Positions 1 to 9,254 are shown, counted from the stretch's first letter. The stretch: 54,603 nucleotides of DNA from Gammaproteobacteria bacterium (GCA_007128895.1 SKWO01000010.1:1-54603); one strand, 5' to 3'. Notes: generated by a model from the sequence alone, not told the origin. Translations and numbers: made by a program.

Positions 1-26
1 ATGGTCAGCAGTTGATGTGTCGCTGA
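1..26 (+). CDS. Possible 3' end of an upstream gene truncated by the window (frame 3: ...GQQLMCR*)
   Basis: Frame from nt 3 reads GQQLMCR-TGA (24-26); the stop overlaps the GAGGAG RBS of the next gene. Too short to identify. Confidence 0.3.
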
Positions 27-37
27 GGAGCGTTGAG

Positions 38-790
38 ATGAGAGCAATCCGCCCCCTTTTCACGCCCCTGCTGCTGATCACGCTGCTGCTGTCCAGCCTC
101 GCCGCAGCGGCCCAGGAGCCGGCTGGCCATGCCACTGCGGTGGCCGGCGAGGTCACCGTCTTCGACGCCGTCGGTGCGGCCATCCGCACCTTGCAGCGCG
201 GCGACCCGGTCTACGTCGGCGACACCGTGGCGACGGCGGTCGATGGCCGTGTGCGCCTGACCTTCAGCGACGGTGGCGCGATGACTCTGCGCCCCGGCAC
301 GCGGCTGCTGATCGAGAGCTACCAGTACAACAATGAGCCGGAGACGGACAACCAGGCCACCCGGCTGTTGCGTGGTGGCCTGCGCGCTGTCACCGGCGCC
401 ATCGGCGAAGGGCGTCACGAGAGCTACACTCTGGAGACGCCGGTCGCCACGATGGGGATACGCGGCACCGACTTCCTGGCCCGCTTCTGTCAGGGTGATT
501 GCGTTGATCTACAGCAGATCGGCATCGACCCACCGCTCGACGGCCTCTATACCCACACCCATGCAGGCGCAACGCTGGTCGGGACACTCCTGGTGCCGGC
601 GGGCCACTCCTCCTACACCGACATGACCGGGTTGAGCCAATTGCTGCCGCTACCGCCGGCGATCCTGCTCCAGGACCCGGAGCTGGAGGGCGGTGGAGTC
701 GAACAGCCGGATGAGGTCGATCAGCCGGATATGGAGACGTTCGACATTCCGGCGCAGGAGCACGGTACCCGCTACCTCGACTGCCGCTGA
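38..790 (+). CDS. Exported FecR-domain protein
   Basis: ATG 38 after GAGGAG (25-30); signal peptide ending AAA-QE; FecR-type beta-rich motifs (LQRGDPVYVGDTVAT, LLRGGLRAVTG, TPVATMGIRGTDF); acidic C-terminal tail. Confidence 0.85.
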   Translation: MRAIRPLFTPLLLITLLLSSLAAAAQEPAGHATAVAGEVTVFDAVGAAIRTLQRGDPVYVGDTVATAVDGRVRLTFSDGGAMTLRPGTRLLIESYQYNNEPETDNQATRLLRGGLRAVTGAIGEGRHESYTLETPVATMGIRGTDFLARFCQGDCVDLQQIGIDPPLDGLYTHTHAGATLVGTLLVPAGHSSYTDMTGLSQLLPLPPAILLQDPELEGGGVEQPDEVDQPDMETFDIPAQEHGTRYLDCR

Positions 791-792
791 CC

Positions 793-3012
793 ATGTCGGT
801 CGCGCGGCTGCGCCGCTGGGCTGCCCTGGTCGGACTGCTGCTGGTGGTCGCCCTGATGGCGGCACGGCTCGGCTGGGTGGCCGGGTTCGATCAGCCGCTT
901 GAGCGGCTGGAGCTGGTGACCTACGACCTGCGCATGCAGGCCAATGCCCGGATGCGCCACGGCGCCGAGCCGCCTTCGACGCCGATCGTCATCGTCGATA
1001 TCGATGAGCGCTCGCTGCAACGCGAGGGCCACTGGCCGTGGTCGCGCCAGCGCATGGCCGAGCTGCTCGACCGGCTCTTCGCCGCCGGTGCGGCGGTGGT
1101 CGCCTTCGATATCCTCTTTGCCGAGCCGCAGCGCAATCCGGTTGATGCGGTGGCTGCGGCACTGGGCGAACAGCCCGCGCTGATCGACGCCATCACGCCG
1201 CTGGCCGACCAATTGGACGGTGATCGACGCTTTGCCGAGGCGATGGCAGGTGAGGAGGTGGTGCTGGGCTACGTCTTCAGTCCGGTCGACAGGCTGCGCG
1301 TCGGTCAGCTACCTCCTCCCCTGCCGCTGACGCAGCCCGCGCTGGTCGCCGAGCTGGGCATGCCGGCGGAGCAGGGCTACACCGCCCCGCTGCCGATTCT
1401 GGCTCAGGCCGCGGCGGCCAGCGGTTTCTTCAGTATCGTGCCCGACGCCGACGGGCTGGTGCGGCGGGTGCAGTTGCTGGCCCGGCTGGACGACCAACTC
1501 TACGGCGCGCTGGCGGTGGAGACGGTGCGCCAGTTCCTCTTCTTCGACGAGCTGCATCTGGAGGTGGCGAGGATCGGCGAGTCGCAGCAGATCGAGCAGA
1601 TCTGGCTCGATGCCGACCTGATCGTACCGACCGATGGCCACGGACGCATGCTGATCCCCTATCGCGGACCGCGCGGCACCTTCCCCTATCTCTCGGCCGG
1701 CGAGCTGCTGAGCGGCGGGGCGCAGGACGCTATCCCCGACGGCGCTATCGTGCTGGTCGGCACCACCGCGCCGGGCCTGTTTGATCTGCGGGCGACGCCG
1801 ATGGGGCCGGTCTTCCCCGGCGTCGAGATCCAGGCCAACGTGGTGGCGGCGCTGCTCGACGGCGACTTTCTGGTTGTGCCGTCGTGGGCCAAGGGCGCCA
1901 ACCTGGTGATCGGGGTCGTACTGGGCATCCTGCTGGCGCTGCTGCTGCCGCGTCTGGCCCCGCTGGCCATTGCGCTGGTCCTGTTGGTCACCCTGGTGCT
2001 GCTGGTCGTCTTGACCGAGACCTTCTGGCTACGGGCCGGGCTGATCCTCGACCTGGCGACGCCGATGCTGATGGTGGTGGTGCTGGTGATGCATAACTTG
2101 CTATGGGGGTTTTTCTTCGAGGAGCGGGCCGAGCGTCAACTAAAGGAGATGTTCGGCCAGTACGTGCCGCCGCAGCTGGTTGAGGAGATGAGCGAGCACC
2201 CGGGCGATTTCGGCTTCGAGGGGCAGTCCAAGGAGCTGAGCGTCCTCTTCGCCGACATTCGCGGCTTCACTACCCTATCCGAGTCGCTCCCGGCTGATGA
2301 GCTGAAGCGGCTGCTCAACCGCTTCTTCACGCCGATGACGCGGATCATCTTCGACCACCGCGGCACCATCGACAAGTACATCGGTGATCTGGTGATGGCC
2401 TTCTGGGGGGCGCCGGTCGACGATCCTGAACACGCCGCTCACGCCATCGAGGCGGCGCTGACGATGCTGGCCGAGACCGAGCGGCTGAGCGCCGAGTTCA
2501 CGGCCCAAGGCTGGCCGCCGGTCGCGATCGGCATCGGCATCAACAGCGGGCCGATGAACGTCGGCGACATGGGCTCGGAGTACCGCCGCGCCTACACCGT
2601 GCTGGGCGATGCGGTCAACCTCGCCTCGCGGTTGGAGGGCACGACCAAGTACTACGGCGTCGGCCTGGTGGTGGGGGAGCGCACCCGCGCGCTGGCCGGG
2701 GAGCGTTTCGTCTGGCGCGAGCTGGATCGGGTGCGGGTCAAGGGCAAGCAGCAGCCGGTCCACGTCTACCAGCCGGTCTGCCGTGCCGAGGAGGCGACGG
2801 CGGCGCTGCATGACGAGCTGGCGCAGCTTGAGGCGGCGTTGGCCGCCTACCGTCGGCAGCAGTGGGAGGCGGCCGAGGCGGCCTTCACGGCGCTGCAGCA
2901 GGTGCAGCCGACGCTCGACCTCTACGCGCTCTATCTGGAGCGGATCGCCGAGCTGCGCCGCGAGCCGCCGCCGGCCGATTGGGATGGCAGCTGGGTGCGC
3001 ACGGAGAAGTAG
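793..3012 (+). CDS. CHASE2-domain membrane adenylate cyclase (class III)
   Basis: CHASE2 motifs (IVIVDIDERSL, WPWSR, FDILFAEP, PDADGLVRR, PGVEIQAN); three TM helices; cyclase motifs VLFADIRGFT, DKYIGD, YTVLGDAVNLASRLE. Confidence 0.93.
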   Translation: MSVARLRRWAALVGLLLVVALMAARLGWVAGFDQPLERLELVTYDLRMQANARMRHGAEPPSTPIVIVDIDERSLQREGHWPWSRQRMAELLDRLFAAGAAVVAFDILFAEPQRNPVDAVAAALGEQPALIDAITPLADQLDGDRRFAEAMAGEEVVLGYVFSPVDRLRVGQLPPPLPLTQPALVAELGMPAEQGYTAPLPILAQAAAASGFFSIVPDADGLVRRVQLLARLDDQLYGALAVETVRQFLFFDELHLEVARIGESQQIEQIWLDADLIVPTDGHGRMLIPYRGPRGTFPYLSAGELLSGGAQDAIPDGAIVLVGTTAPGLFDLRATPMGPVFPGVEIQANVVAALLDGDFLVVPSWAKGANLVIGVVLGILLALLLPRLAPLAIALVLLVTLVLLVVLTETFWLRAGLILDLATPMLMVVVLVMHNLLWGFFFEERAERQLKEMFGQYVPPQLVEEMSEHPGDFGFEGQSKELSVLFADIRGFTTLSESLPADELKRLLNRFFTPMTRIIFDHRGTIDKYIGDLVMAFWGAPVDDPEHAAHAIEAALTMLAETERLSAEFTAQGWPPVAIGIGINSGPMNVGDMGSEYRRAYTVLGDAVNLASRLEGTTKYYGVGLVVGERTRALAGERFVWRELDRVRVKGKQQPVHVYQPVCRAEEATAALHDELAQLEAALAAYRRQQWEAAEAAFTALQQVQPTLDLYALYLERIAELRREPPPADWDGSWVRTEK

Positions 3013-3013
3013 C

Positions 3014-5248
3014 CTACTCCGCCACCACTCGCAGCAGTTGCTCGATGTCGATGTGGCCGGCGACCAGCTTGGTGATACCGTCCTGCATCAGGGTGCGCAT
3101 GCCCTCGTCGAGGGCGGCCTGCTTCAGCTCGGTGGCGGTGGCGCGGTGGTAGATCAGGTCGGTGATGCGCGGCGAGGTAGTCAGCAGTTCATGGATGCCG
3201 ACCCGGCCACGGTAACCGGTCTGGTGGCAGGCGTCACACCCCTTGGCGCGGTGCAGGGTCAGTGTGTCGGGCAGTGCCAGCTCCTTCAGCCACTGTGTTC
3301 CGTAGTAGCGTTCGATGCGGGTGCGCTCTTCGGCGCCGGCGGTGTACGGCTCGCGGCAGTCGGGGCAGAGGGTGCGTACCAGGCGCTGGGCGAGCACGCC
3401 GAGGAAGGCGTCGGCGAAGCTGACCGGGTCAAGGCCAAGGTCGAGCAGTCGCACCACGGTCTCTGCGGCCGAGTTGGTGTGCAGGGTGGAGAAGACCAGG
3501 TGGCCGGTCAGCGAGGCCTCCACACCGGCGTGGGCGGTCTCCTTGTCGCGCATCTCGCCGATCATGATCACGTCGGGGTCGGCGCGCAGGAAGGCGCGCA
3601 GCGCGTTGGCAAAGGTAAAGCCGGTCTTGGCGTTGACCTGAACCTGTTGTAGCCCCGGCTGGGTGATCTCCACCGGGTCTTCGGCGGTCCATATCTTGCG
3701 GTCCGGGCTGTTGATGCGGCCAAGCACGGCGTGCAGCGTGGTCGTCTTGCCCGAGCCAGTGGGGCCGACCACGAGGAAGATGCCGTGCGGGTGGGCGATG
3801 GCATTCTCGAGCTGTGTCATGTTGCGCGGGCTGAGGCTGAGCTTCTCCAGCGGCAGCGGCTCGGAGGCGGCGAGGATGCGCATGACCACGCTCTCGCCGT
3901 TGACCGTGGGGATCGTCGCCACGCGCAGCTCCAGCGGCTGGCCGCGAAAGCGCACCACCAGCTTGCCGTCCTGCGGCTTGCGCCGCTCGGAGATGTCGAG
4001 CTGCGCCATGATCTTGATGCGTGAGACGACGGCGCGGATGTGGGTGGAGGGGATCTGCAGCGCGGCACGGCAGACCCCGTCGACGCGCAGCCGCACCACC
4101 GAGGGCGCGCGCCCCTTGCCCGGCTCGATATGGATATCGGAAGCGTTGGCCTTGTAGGCGTCGTGGATCAGCCGGTTGACCAGCTGGATGACGGTCGCCT
4201 CGTTCTCGTCGACCTGGGTCTCGATCTCATCCGCCTCGGCCTCGTCCGACTCCTCCTGCAGCTTGCCGACCAGCTCGGAGATATCGGCGCCGGGGTTGGT
4301 GCCGATCTCCTGACCGAGAAAGCGCAGGATGTCCTCCGGCAGACCGACGCGAAAGACATACTCGCTGGCCGCCAGAACGTTCTGGATCTCCATGATGCGT
4401 TCGGCATCGGAAGGGTCGTCGATGAGGAGGGTCACCTCATCGCGGTCACCGGCCACCGGCACCCAGAGCTGCTTGCGCAGGTACGCCTCGTTGATGCCGC
4501 GCAGCAGCTCGCGCGGGATCTCCACGGCCGGGTCATAGGCCATGTACGGCACCTGATAGTAACGCTCCAGCGAGGCGCCGATCTCCTCGGCGCTGATCCC
4601 CAGTTCGTGGCGCAGCAGATCGGTGATCCGGATACGCTCCTGCTTCGCGCGCTGGAGCAGCGCATCCAGCTGTGGTCGACTCAGGCGCTGCTGTGCCACC
4701 AGCCAGTCATACGGCCCGCTGGTCGCCTGCAGATCGTTGCGAAAGCGCTGGCCGAGCACGTTGGCCAAGCGCTGGGCCAGCGCCACATCGTCATCGCTGA
4801 AACTGCCGCCATCGCGGTGGTTGAGGACCTGCAGCACGCCGAGAAAGACATCGCCCGACTTGACCGGCACCACCACCATCGAACGGGTGCGAAAGCCGGT
4901 GAGGCGGTCAAACGAGCTGTCGAACTGCAGACTTGGATGGATGCGCGCCAGCGCCTGGGCGTCGTGTACATCGTCGATGCGCAGCGGCTGCTGGTTGAGC
5001 GCGACATGGCCGGCAATCGAACTGTTCGACAGCGGCACCCGAATCTCGTTGGTGTCCCCGCCACTCTTGAACAGCGAGACGATCTCTCGATCACCCCGGC
5101 TGCGCCGGTAGAGGGTCAGCCGCTCGGCCTGCAGCAGCTCCAGCAGACGCGGCTCCAGCTCACTCAGCAGCTTCGGCAACTCGCCGTGATCGTGGATCCG
5201 CTCAATCAACTCGGCCAGCAAGGCCGCATGGTGTTCGCTCATCCCCAT
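3014..5248 (-). CDS. GspE/PilB-family ATPase with N-terminal GAF domain
   Basis: GAF domain (SIAGHVA...FDSSFDRLTGFRTRSM...GVLQVLN...FSDDD); ASDIHIEP; Walker A GPTGSGKTT; EDPVE; Walker B DPDVIMIGEMRD; His box TGHLVFSTLH; CPDC/CDAC zinc motif; AGGAG RBS upstream. Confidence 0.92.
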   Translation of the reverse strand: MGMSEHHAALLAELIERIHDHGELPKLLSELEPRLLELLQAERLTLYRRSRGDREIVSLFKSGGDTNEIRVPLSNSSIAGHVALNQQPLRIDDVHDAQALARIHPSLQFDSSFDRLTGFRTRSMVVVPVKSGDVFLGVLQVLNHRDGGSFSDDDVALAQRLANVLGQRFRNDLQATSGPYDWLVAQQRLSRPQLDALLQRAKQERIRITDLLRHELGISAEEIGASLERYYQVPYMAYDPAVEIPRELLRGINEAYLRKQLWVPVAGDRDEVTLLIDDPSDAERIMEIQNVLAASEYVFRVGLPEDILRFLGQEIGTNPGADISELVGKLQEESDEAEADEIETQVDENEATVIQLVNRLIHDAYKANASDIHIEPGKGRAPSVVRLRVDGVCRAALQIPSTHIRAVVSRIKIMAQLDISERRKPQDGKLVVRFRGQPLELRVATIPTVNGESVVMRILAASEPLPLEKLSLSPRNMTQLENAIAHPHGIFLVVGPTGSGKTTTLHAVLGRINSPDRKIWTAEDPVEITQPGLQQVQVNAKTGFTFANALRAFLRADPDVIMIGEMRDKETAHAGVEASLTGHLVFSTLHTNSAAETVVRLLDLGLDPVSFADAFLGVLAQRLVRTLCPDCREPYTAGAEERTRIERYYGTQWLKELALPDTLTLHRAKGCDACHQTGYRGRVGIHELLTTSPRITDLIYHRATATELKQAALDEGMRTLMQDGITKLVAGHIDIEQLLRVVAE

Positions 5249-5275
5249 CCCGTTTGTCTCCTGCTTGTGCGTCGG

Positions 5276-5317
5276 ATTTTAACACGGTTGTACAGACGCA
5301 AGGCGATGGCCGATAAT
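5276..5317. promoter_or_regulatory. Divergent promoter region for GAF-PilB (-) and the TraB-led operon (+)
   Basis: Minus strand: extended -10 TGT-TAAAAT (5276-5284). Plus strand: TTGTAC (5288-5293)...GATAAT (5312-5317), overlapping GCCGATAA (5309-5316). Confidence 0.45.
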
Positions 5318-5347
5318 CTCACCTTTTACGCCTAATCAAATATCAAA

Positions 5348-6556
5348 ATGACCGACGCTGCCGTTCAGGGGCCGATGCGCGTGGTGCGTGTCGGTGAGAC
5401 CGAGATCACCTTGCTGGGCACGGCCCACGTCTCCCGTACCAGTGCCGAGGAGGTGGCGCGGGTGCTGGCGGAGGGTGACTTTGATGCGGTGGCGGTGGAG
5501 TTGTGTCCGGCGCGCCACTCGGCGCTGACCCGCCCTGATGTCTGGGGACAGACCGATCTGTTTCGGGTGCTGCGTGATGGGCGGGCCGGGATGCTGGCGG
5601 CGAGCCTGGCCTTGGGCGCCTATCAGCAACGCCTGGCCGAGCAGTTCGGCATCGAGCCGGGGGCGGAGATGCGTACGGCGATCGACGGGGCGCTTGAGCG
5701 CCATCTGCCGGTGCTGCTGATCGACCGCGACATTGGCGTGACGATGAAACGGGTCTATCGCAACGTGCCGTGGTGGCAGCGCTTTGGCCTGCTCGGCGGG
5801 CTGCTCGGCAGCGTGGTGTCGCGCGAGCAGGTGAGCGAGGCGGAGATCGAGCGGCTCAAGGAGGGCGATATCCTGGAGACCACCTTCGCCGAGTTTGCCG
5901 ACCGTGACAAGGCGCTCTACGGCCCGCTGATCGATGAGCGTGACCGCTATATGGTGGCGCGGCTGTGCGAGGAGGCGCAGGAGGGCGGCCATCGCCGAAT
6001 TCTGGCGGTGGTCGGCGCCGGCCATCTGGCCGGCATGGCCGGTTATCTGGAGCAGGGCGCCGGCTGTGATCAGCCGCGCGAGCAGCAGCGCGCGCTGGAG
6101 CAGTTTCCGGCGCCGGCGCGCTGGCCGAAGGTGCTGCCGTGGCTGATTGTGGCGATCATCCTGGCCGGTTTTGCCATCGGCTTCTCGCGCAGCCCGGAGC
6201 TGGGCCGGATGATGGTGTGGGACTGGATTCTGATCAACGGGGTGCTCTCGGCGCTGGGGGCGACGATTGCCGGCGCCCACCCGGTGACGATCATGGCTGC
6301 CTTTCTGGCCGCGCCGTGGACCTCGCTCAATCCGATGATCGGCGCCAGTATGGTGGCCGGGGCGGTCGAGGTCTGGCTGCGCAAGCCAAGGGTGGAGGAC
6401 TTTCACCGTCTGCGCAGCGACGTGACCACGTGGCGCGGTTGGTGGCGCAACCGCGTCTCGCGAACCCTGCTGGTCTTCTTCCTGGCCGGTTTCGGCTCCT
6501 CGATCGGCACCTACGTTGCCGGCTTTCGCATCTACGACCGGCTGCTGGGAGGCTGA
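5348..6556 (+). CDS. TraB/PrgY/GumN-family protein with C-terminal membrane domain
   Basis: LLGTAHVS, VAVELC, PGAEM, LIDRDI, LIDERD, VVGAGH motifs; C-terminal TM segments (HPVTIMAAFLAAPWTSLNP). Confidence 0.9.
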   Translation: MTDAAVQGPMRVVRVGETEITLLGTAHVSRTSAEEVARVLAEGDFDAVAVELCPARHSALTRPDVWGQTDLFRVLRDGRAGMLAASLALGAYQQRLAEQFGIEPGAEMRTAIDGALERHLPVLLIDRDIGVTMKRVYRNVPWWQRFGLLGGLLGSVVSREQVSEAEIERLKEGDILETTFAEFADRDKALYGPLIDERDRYMVARLCEEAQEGGHRRILAVVGAGHLAGMAGYLEQGAGCDQPREQQRALEQFPAPARWPKVLPWLIVAIILAGFAIGFSRSPELGRMMVWDWILINGVLSALGATIAGAHPVTIMAAFLAAPWTSLNPMIGASMVAGAVEVWLRKPRVEDFHRLRSDVTTWRGWWRNRVSRTLLVFFLAGFGSSIGTYVAGFRIYDRLLGG

Positions 6557-6557
6557 C

Positions 6558-7397
6558 GTGGCCGATCTGCAACTGCTGCTGTGCAGCGACCTGGACCGCA
6601 CCCTGATCCCGAATGGCGCCCAGCCGGAGTCGTCGGGGGCGCGGGATCGGCTGCGGGCGCTGGCGGCCCGTGACGATGTGCAGCTGGCCTACGTCAGCGG
6701 GCGTCACCGCGCCTTGATCGAGGAGGCGATCGAGACGTGGTCGCTGCCGCTGCCGGACTACGCGATCGGCGATGTCGGCACCACGATCTACCGCGTCGCT
6801 GAAGACGGCTGGTCACCGCTGCCCGGCTGGCAGGCGCAGATTGCCCCGGACTGGCAGGGGCGCGACGGTGCCGCGCTGGCCGGGCTGCTTGAGGGCATCG
6901 ACGGTCTGACCCTGCAGGAGGCAGAGAAGCAGAACCGCTTCAAGCTCAGCTACTACGCGGCGCTTTCGGGCGACAGCACGGCGCTGTTGGCCGAGGTGGC
7001 GCGGCGGCTGGCGCAGCATGGTATTCGGGCCAAGTCGATCTGGAGTATCGATGAGGAGAAGGGGGTGGGGCTGCTCGATGTCTTGCCGGCCAGCGCCGAC
7101 AAGCTGGCGGCGATCCGCTACCTGATGGCCGAACTCGGTGCCGATGAACAGCAGACCCTCTTTTCCGGCGACAGCGGCAACGATCTGGAGCCGCTGACCA
7201 GCGGGCTGCAGGCGGTGCTGGTAGCCAACGCTGCGCCGGAGGTGCGTGAGGCGGCGCTGGCCGGGGCGGCCCAACCGCAGCGCCTCTATCTGGCCACGGG
7301 CGGCTTTCTCGGCATGAACGGCCATTACAGCGCCGGGGTGCTGGAGGGGGTGGCTCACTTCATGCCGGCGCTTGGGCGCTGGCTGGCCGATGGCTGA
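6558..7397 (+). CDS. HAD-IIB phosphatase, sucrose-6F-phosphate phosphatase-like
   Basis: GTG 1 nt after the TraB stop; SDLDRTLIPNG (motif I), YVSGR, QNRFKLSYY, LLDVLP, GDSGND. Confidence 0.8.
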   Translation: MADLQLLLCSDLDRTLIPNGAQPESSGARDRLRALAARDDVQLAYVSGRHRALIEEAIETWSLPLPDYAIGDVGTTIYRVAEDGWSPLPGWQAQIAPDWQGRDGAALAGLLEGIDGLTLQEAEKQNRFKLSYYAALSGDSTALLAEVARRLAQHGIRAKSIWSIDEEKGVGLLDVLPASADKLAAIRYLMAELGADEQQTLFSGDSGNDLEPLTSGLQAVLVANAAPEVREAALAGAAQPQRLYLATGGFLGMNGHYSAGVLEGVAHFMPALGRWLADG

Positions 7398-8481
7398 GGC
7401 GGCCGCACTTCTATGGCGTGAAGGTCGCCTGCGTGCCGTCGGCGCGTGGACCGTGGACGGATTGGGCGCCCAGCCGCCGGGGCTGCCACCCGGTGCGGCG
7501 GTGGGGGCCGTGGACGCCGCTGCACTGGCGGCGCTGGATACGGCCGGGGCGCTGTGGCTGCTGCGGCTGAGTGAGCAGGCCGGCGGCGTCGCGATCGAGG
7601 GGCTGGCCGGGGCGCGTCAGGAGCTGCTCGAGCGGGTGCGCGAGAGCCGTGCACGCATGGCCCCGGCACGCCCGGTGCGGGACGAGGAGGGGATTCTGCC
7701 GACGACCGGCCGTCAGGTTGTTGCCCGGCTGGAACGGGCCCACGCCTTTCTCGCCTTCATCGGCGAGACGACCGTGGTCGCGGCCAGGCTGGTGCGCCGC
7801 CCCGGACGGATGCCGTGGCGTGAGGTCTTGGGGCTGATCCACAGCGCCGGGGTCGCTGCACTGCCGATCGTCGGCCTGCTCGCCTTTCTGATCGGCGTGG
7901 TCATCGCCTACCAGGGCGGCCAGCAGCTCAAGCTGTACGGTGCCAATATCTTCATCGTCGAACTGGTGGCACTGACCACGCTGCGCGAACTGGGGCCGCT
8001 GATTGCCGCGATCATCGTGGCCGGGCGCACCGGCTCGGCGTGGACCGCGCAAATCGGCACCATGCAGGTGCGCGAGGAGGTCGACGCGCTGCGTACGCTG
8101 GGTATCAGCCCGGTCGAGCGGTTGGTGCTGCCGCGCCTGCTGGCACTGCTGATCGCGCTCCCGCTGCTGACCGTCTTTGCCGACCTGCTCGGCGTCTTTG
8201 GCGGCATGTTGATCGCCTGGCTGGTGCTCGGCGTCAGCCTGTCCGACTTCATCGCCCGCTTTCCCGAGGTGGTCTACCCGAGCGCCTTTCTGGTCGGCGT
8301 CGGCAAGGCGCCCTTCTTCGCTGCGATCATCGCTCTGGTCGGTTGTTTCGAGGGCTTTCGCGTCAGCGGCGGTGCCGAGAGTGTCGGGCGTCATACCACG
8401 CTGAGCGTGGTGCAGGCGATCTTTCTGGTGATCGTCGCCGACGCCCTCTTTTCCGTGCTCTTCAGTTGGCTGAATCTGTGA
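7390..8481 (+). CDS. MlaE-family ABC permease with degenerate N-terminal STAS-like region
   Basis: LRELGPLIAAIIVAGRTGSA, AQIGTMQVREEVDAL, AESVGRHTTLSVV; overlaps the upstream stop. Confidence 0.9.
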   Translation: MAEAAALLWREGRLRAVGAWTVDGLGAQPPGLPPGAAVGAVDAAALAALDTAGALWLLRLSEQAGGVAIEGLAGARQELLERVRESRARMAPARPVRDEEGILPTTGRQVVARLERAHAFLAFIGETTVVAARLVRRPGRMPWREVLGLIHSAGVAALPIVGLLAFLIGVVIAYQGGQQLKLYGANIFIVELVALTTLRELGPLIAAIIVAGRTGSAWTAQIGTMQVREEVDALRTLGISPVERLVLPRLLALLIALPLLTVFADLLGVFGGMLIAWLVLGVSLSDFIARFPEVVYPSAFLVGVGKAPFFAAIIALVGCFEGFRVSGGAESVGRHTTLSVVQAIFLVIVADALFSVLFSWLNL

Positions 8482-9254
8482 TGGAGCGGGTCGTCGAGGT
8501 CGCCGGGCTGGTCAATCGCTTTGGTGACGAGGTGGTCCACGACGGCCTCGATCTGACCGTCGAGGCGGGGGAGGTGGTCGGTCTGGTCGGTGGCTCCGGC
8601 TCGGGCAAGACCACCTTGCTGCGCACCCTGTTGATGCTGCAGCCGCCTCAGGCCGGGCGGGTGGCGCTCTACGGTCAGGCGCTGACCGACCTCGACGCCG
8701 CCGGCGCCGACCGGCTGCGCCGCCGCTTCGGGGTGCTCTTTCAGCAGGGGGCTCTGTTCAGTTCGCTCACGGTGCGCGAGAATGTCGCCATGGTGCTGCA
8801 TGAACACAGCTCGTTGCCGGCTGCGCTGATCGATGAGGTCGCCGCGCTCAAGGTGGCCCTGGTCGGCCTGCCGCCGCAGGCGGCCGAGCGCTACCCGCGC
8901 GAGCTCTCCGGGGGCATGGTCAAGCGGGCGGCGTTGGCGCGTGCGCTGGCGCTCGATCCCGATCTGCTCTTTCTGGATGAGCCGACCGCCGGGCTCGACC
9001 CGCAGAGTGCGGCGGCCTTTGATACCTTGCTGCGCCAATTGCAGCGCGCGCTCGGCCTGACCGTGGTGATGGTGACCCACGATCTCGATTCGCTCTGGGC
9101 GGTGACTGATCGGGTCGCCTTTTTAGGGGAGCGGCGGGTGCTGGCCCAGGCCCCGATGGCCGAGTTGGTGCACCATGACCATCCGCTGATTCGAGACTAC
9201 TTCAGCGGCCCGCGTGGCCGCGCCGCCGGGGAGGCCGCATGCGCAGCGGTATGA
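8481..9254 (+). CDS. MlaF-like ABC transporter ATP-binding protein
   Basis: GGSGSGKT, LFQQGALFSSL, LSGGMVKR, FLDEPTAGLDP, VTHDLD; start overlaps the permease stop. Confidence 0.92.
   Translation: MERVVEVAGLVNRFGDEVVHDGLDLTVEAGEVVGLVGGSGSGKTTLLRTLLMLQPPQAGRVALYGQALTDLDAAGADRLRRRFGVLFQQGALFSSLTVRENVAMVLHEHSSLPAALIDEVAALKVALVGLPPQAAERYPRELSGGMVKRAALARALALDPDLLFLDEPTAGLDPQSAAAFDTLLRQLQRALGLTVVMVTHDLDSLWAVTDRVAFLGERRVLAQAPMAELVHHDHPLIRDYFSGPRGRAAGEAACAAV

Noticed and set aside
5348-6556. TraB plus a secretion ATPase as evidence of a conjugative element
   Set aside because: This is the TraB/PrgY/GumN family, not a T4SS component; there is no relaxase, integrase, att site or compositional shift.
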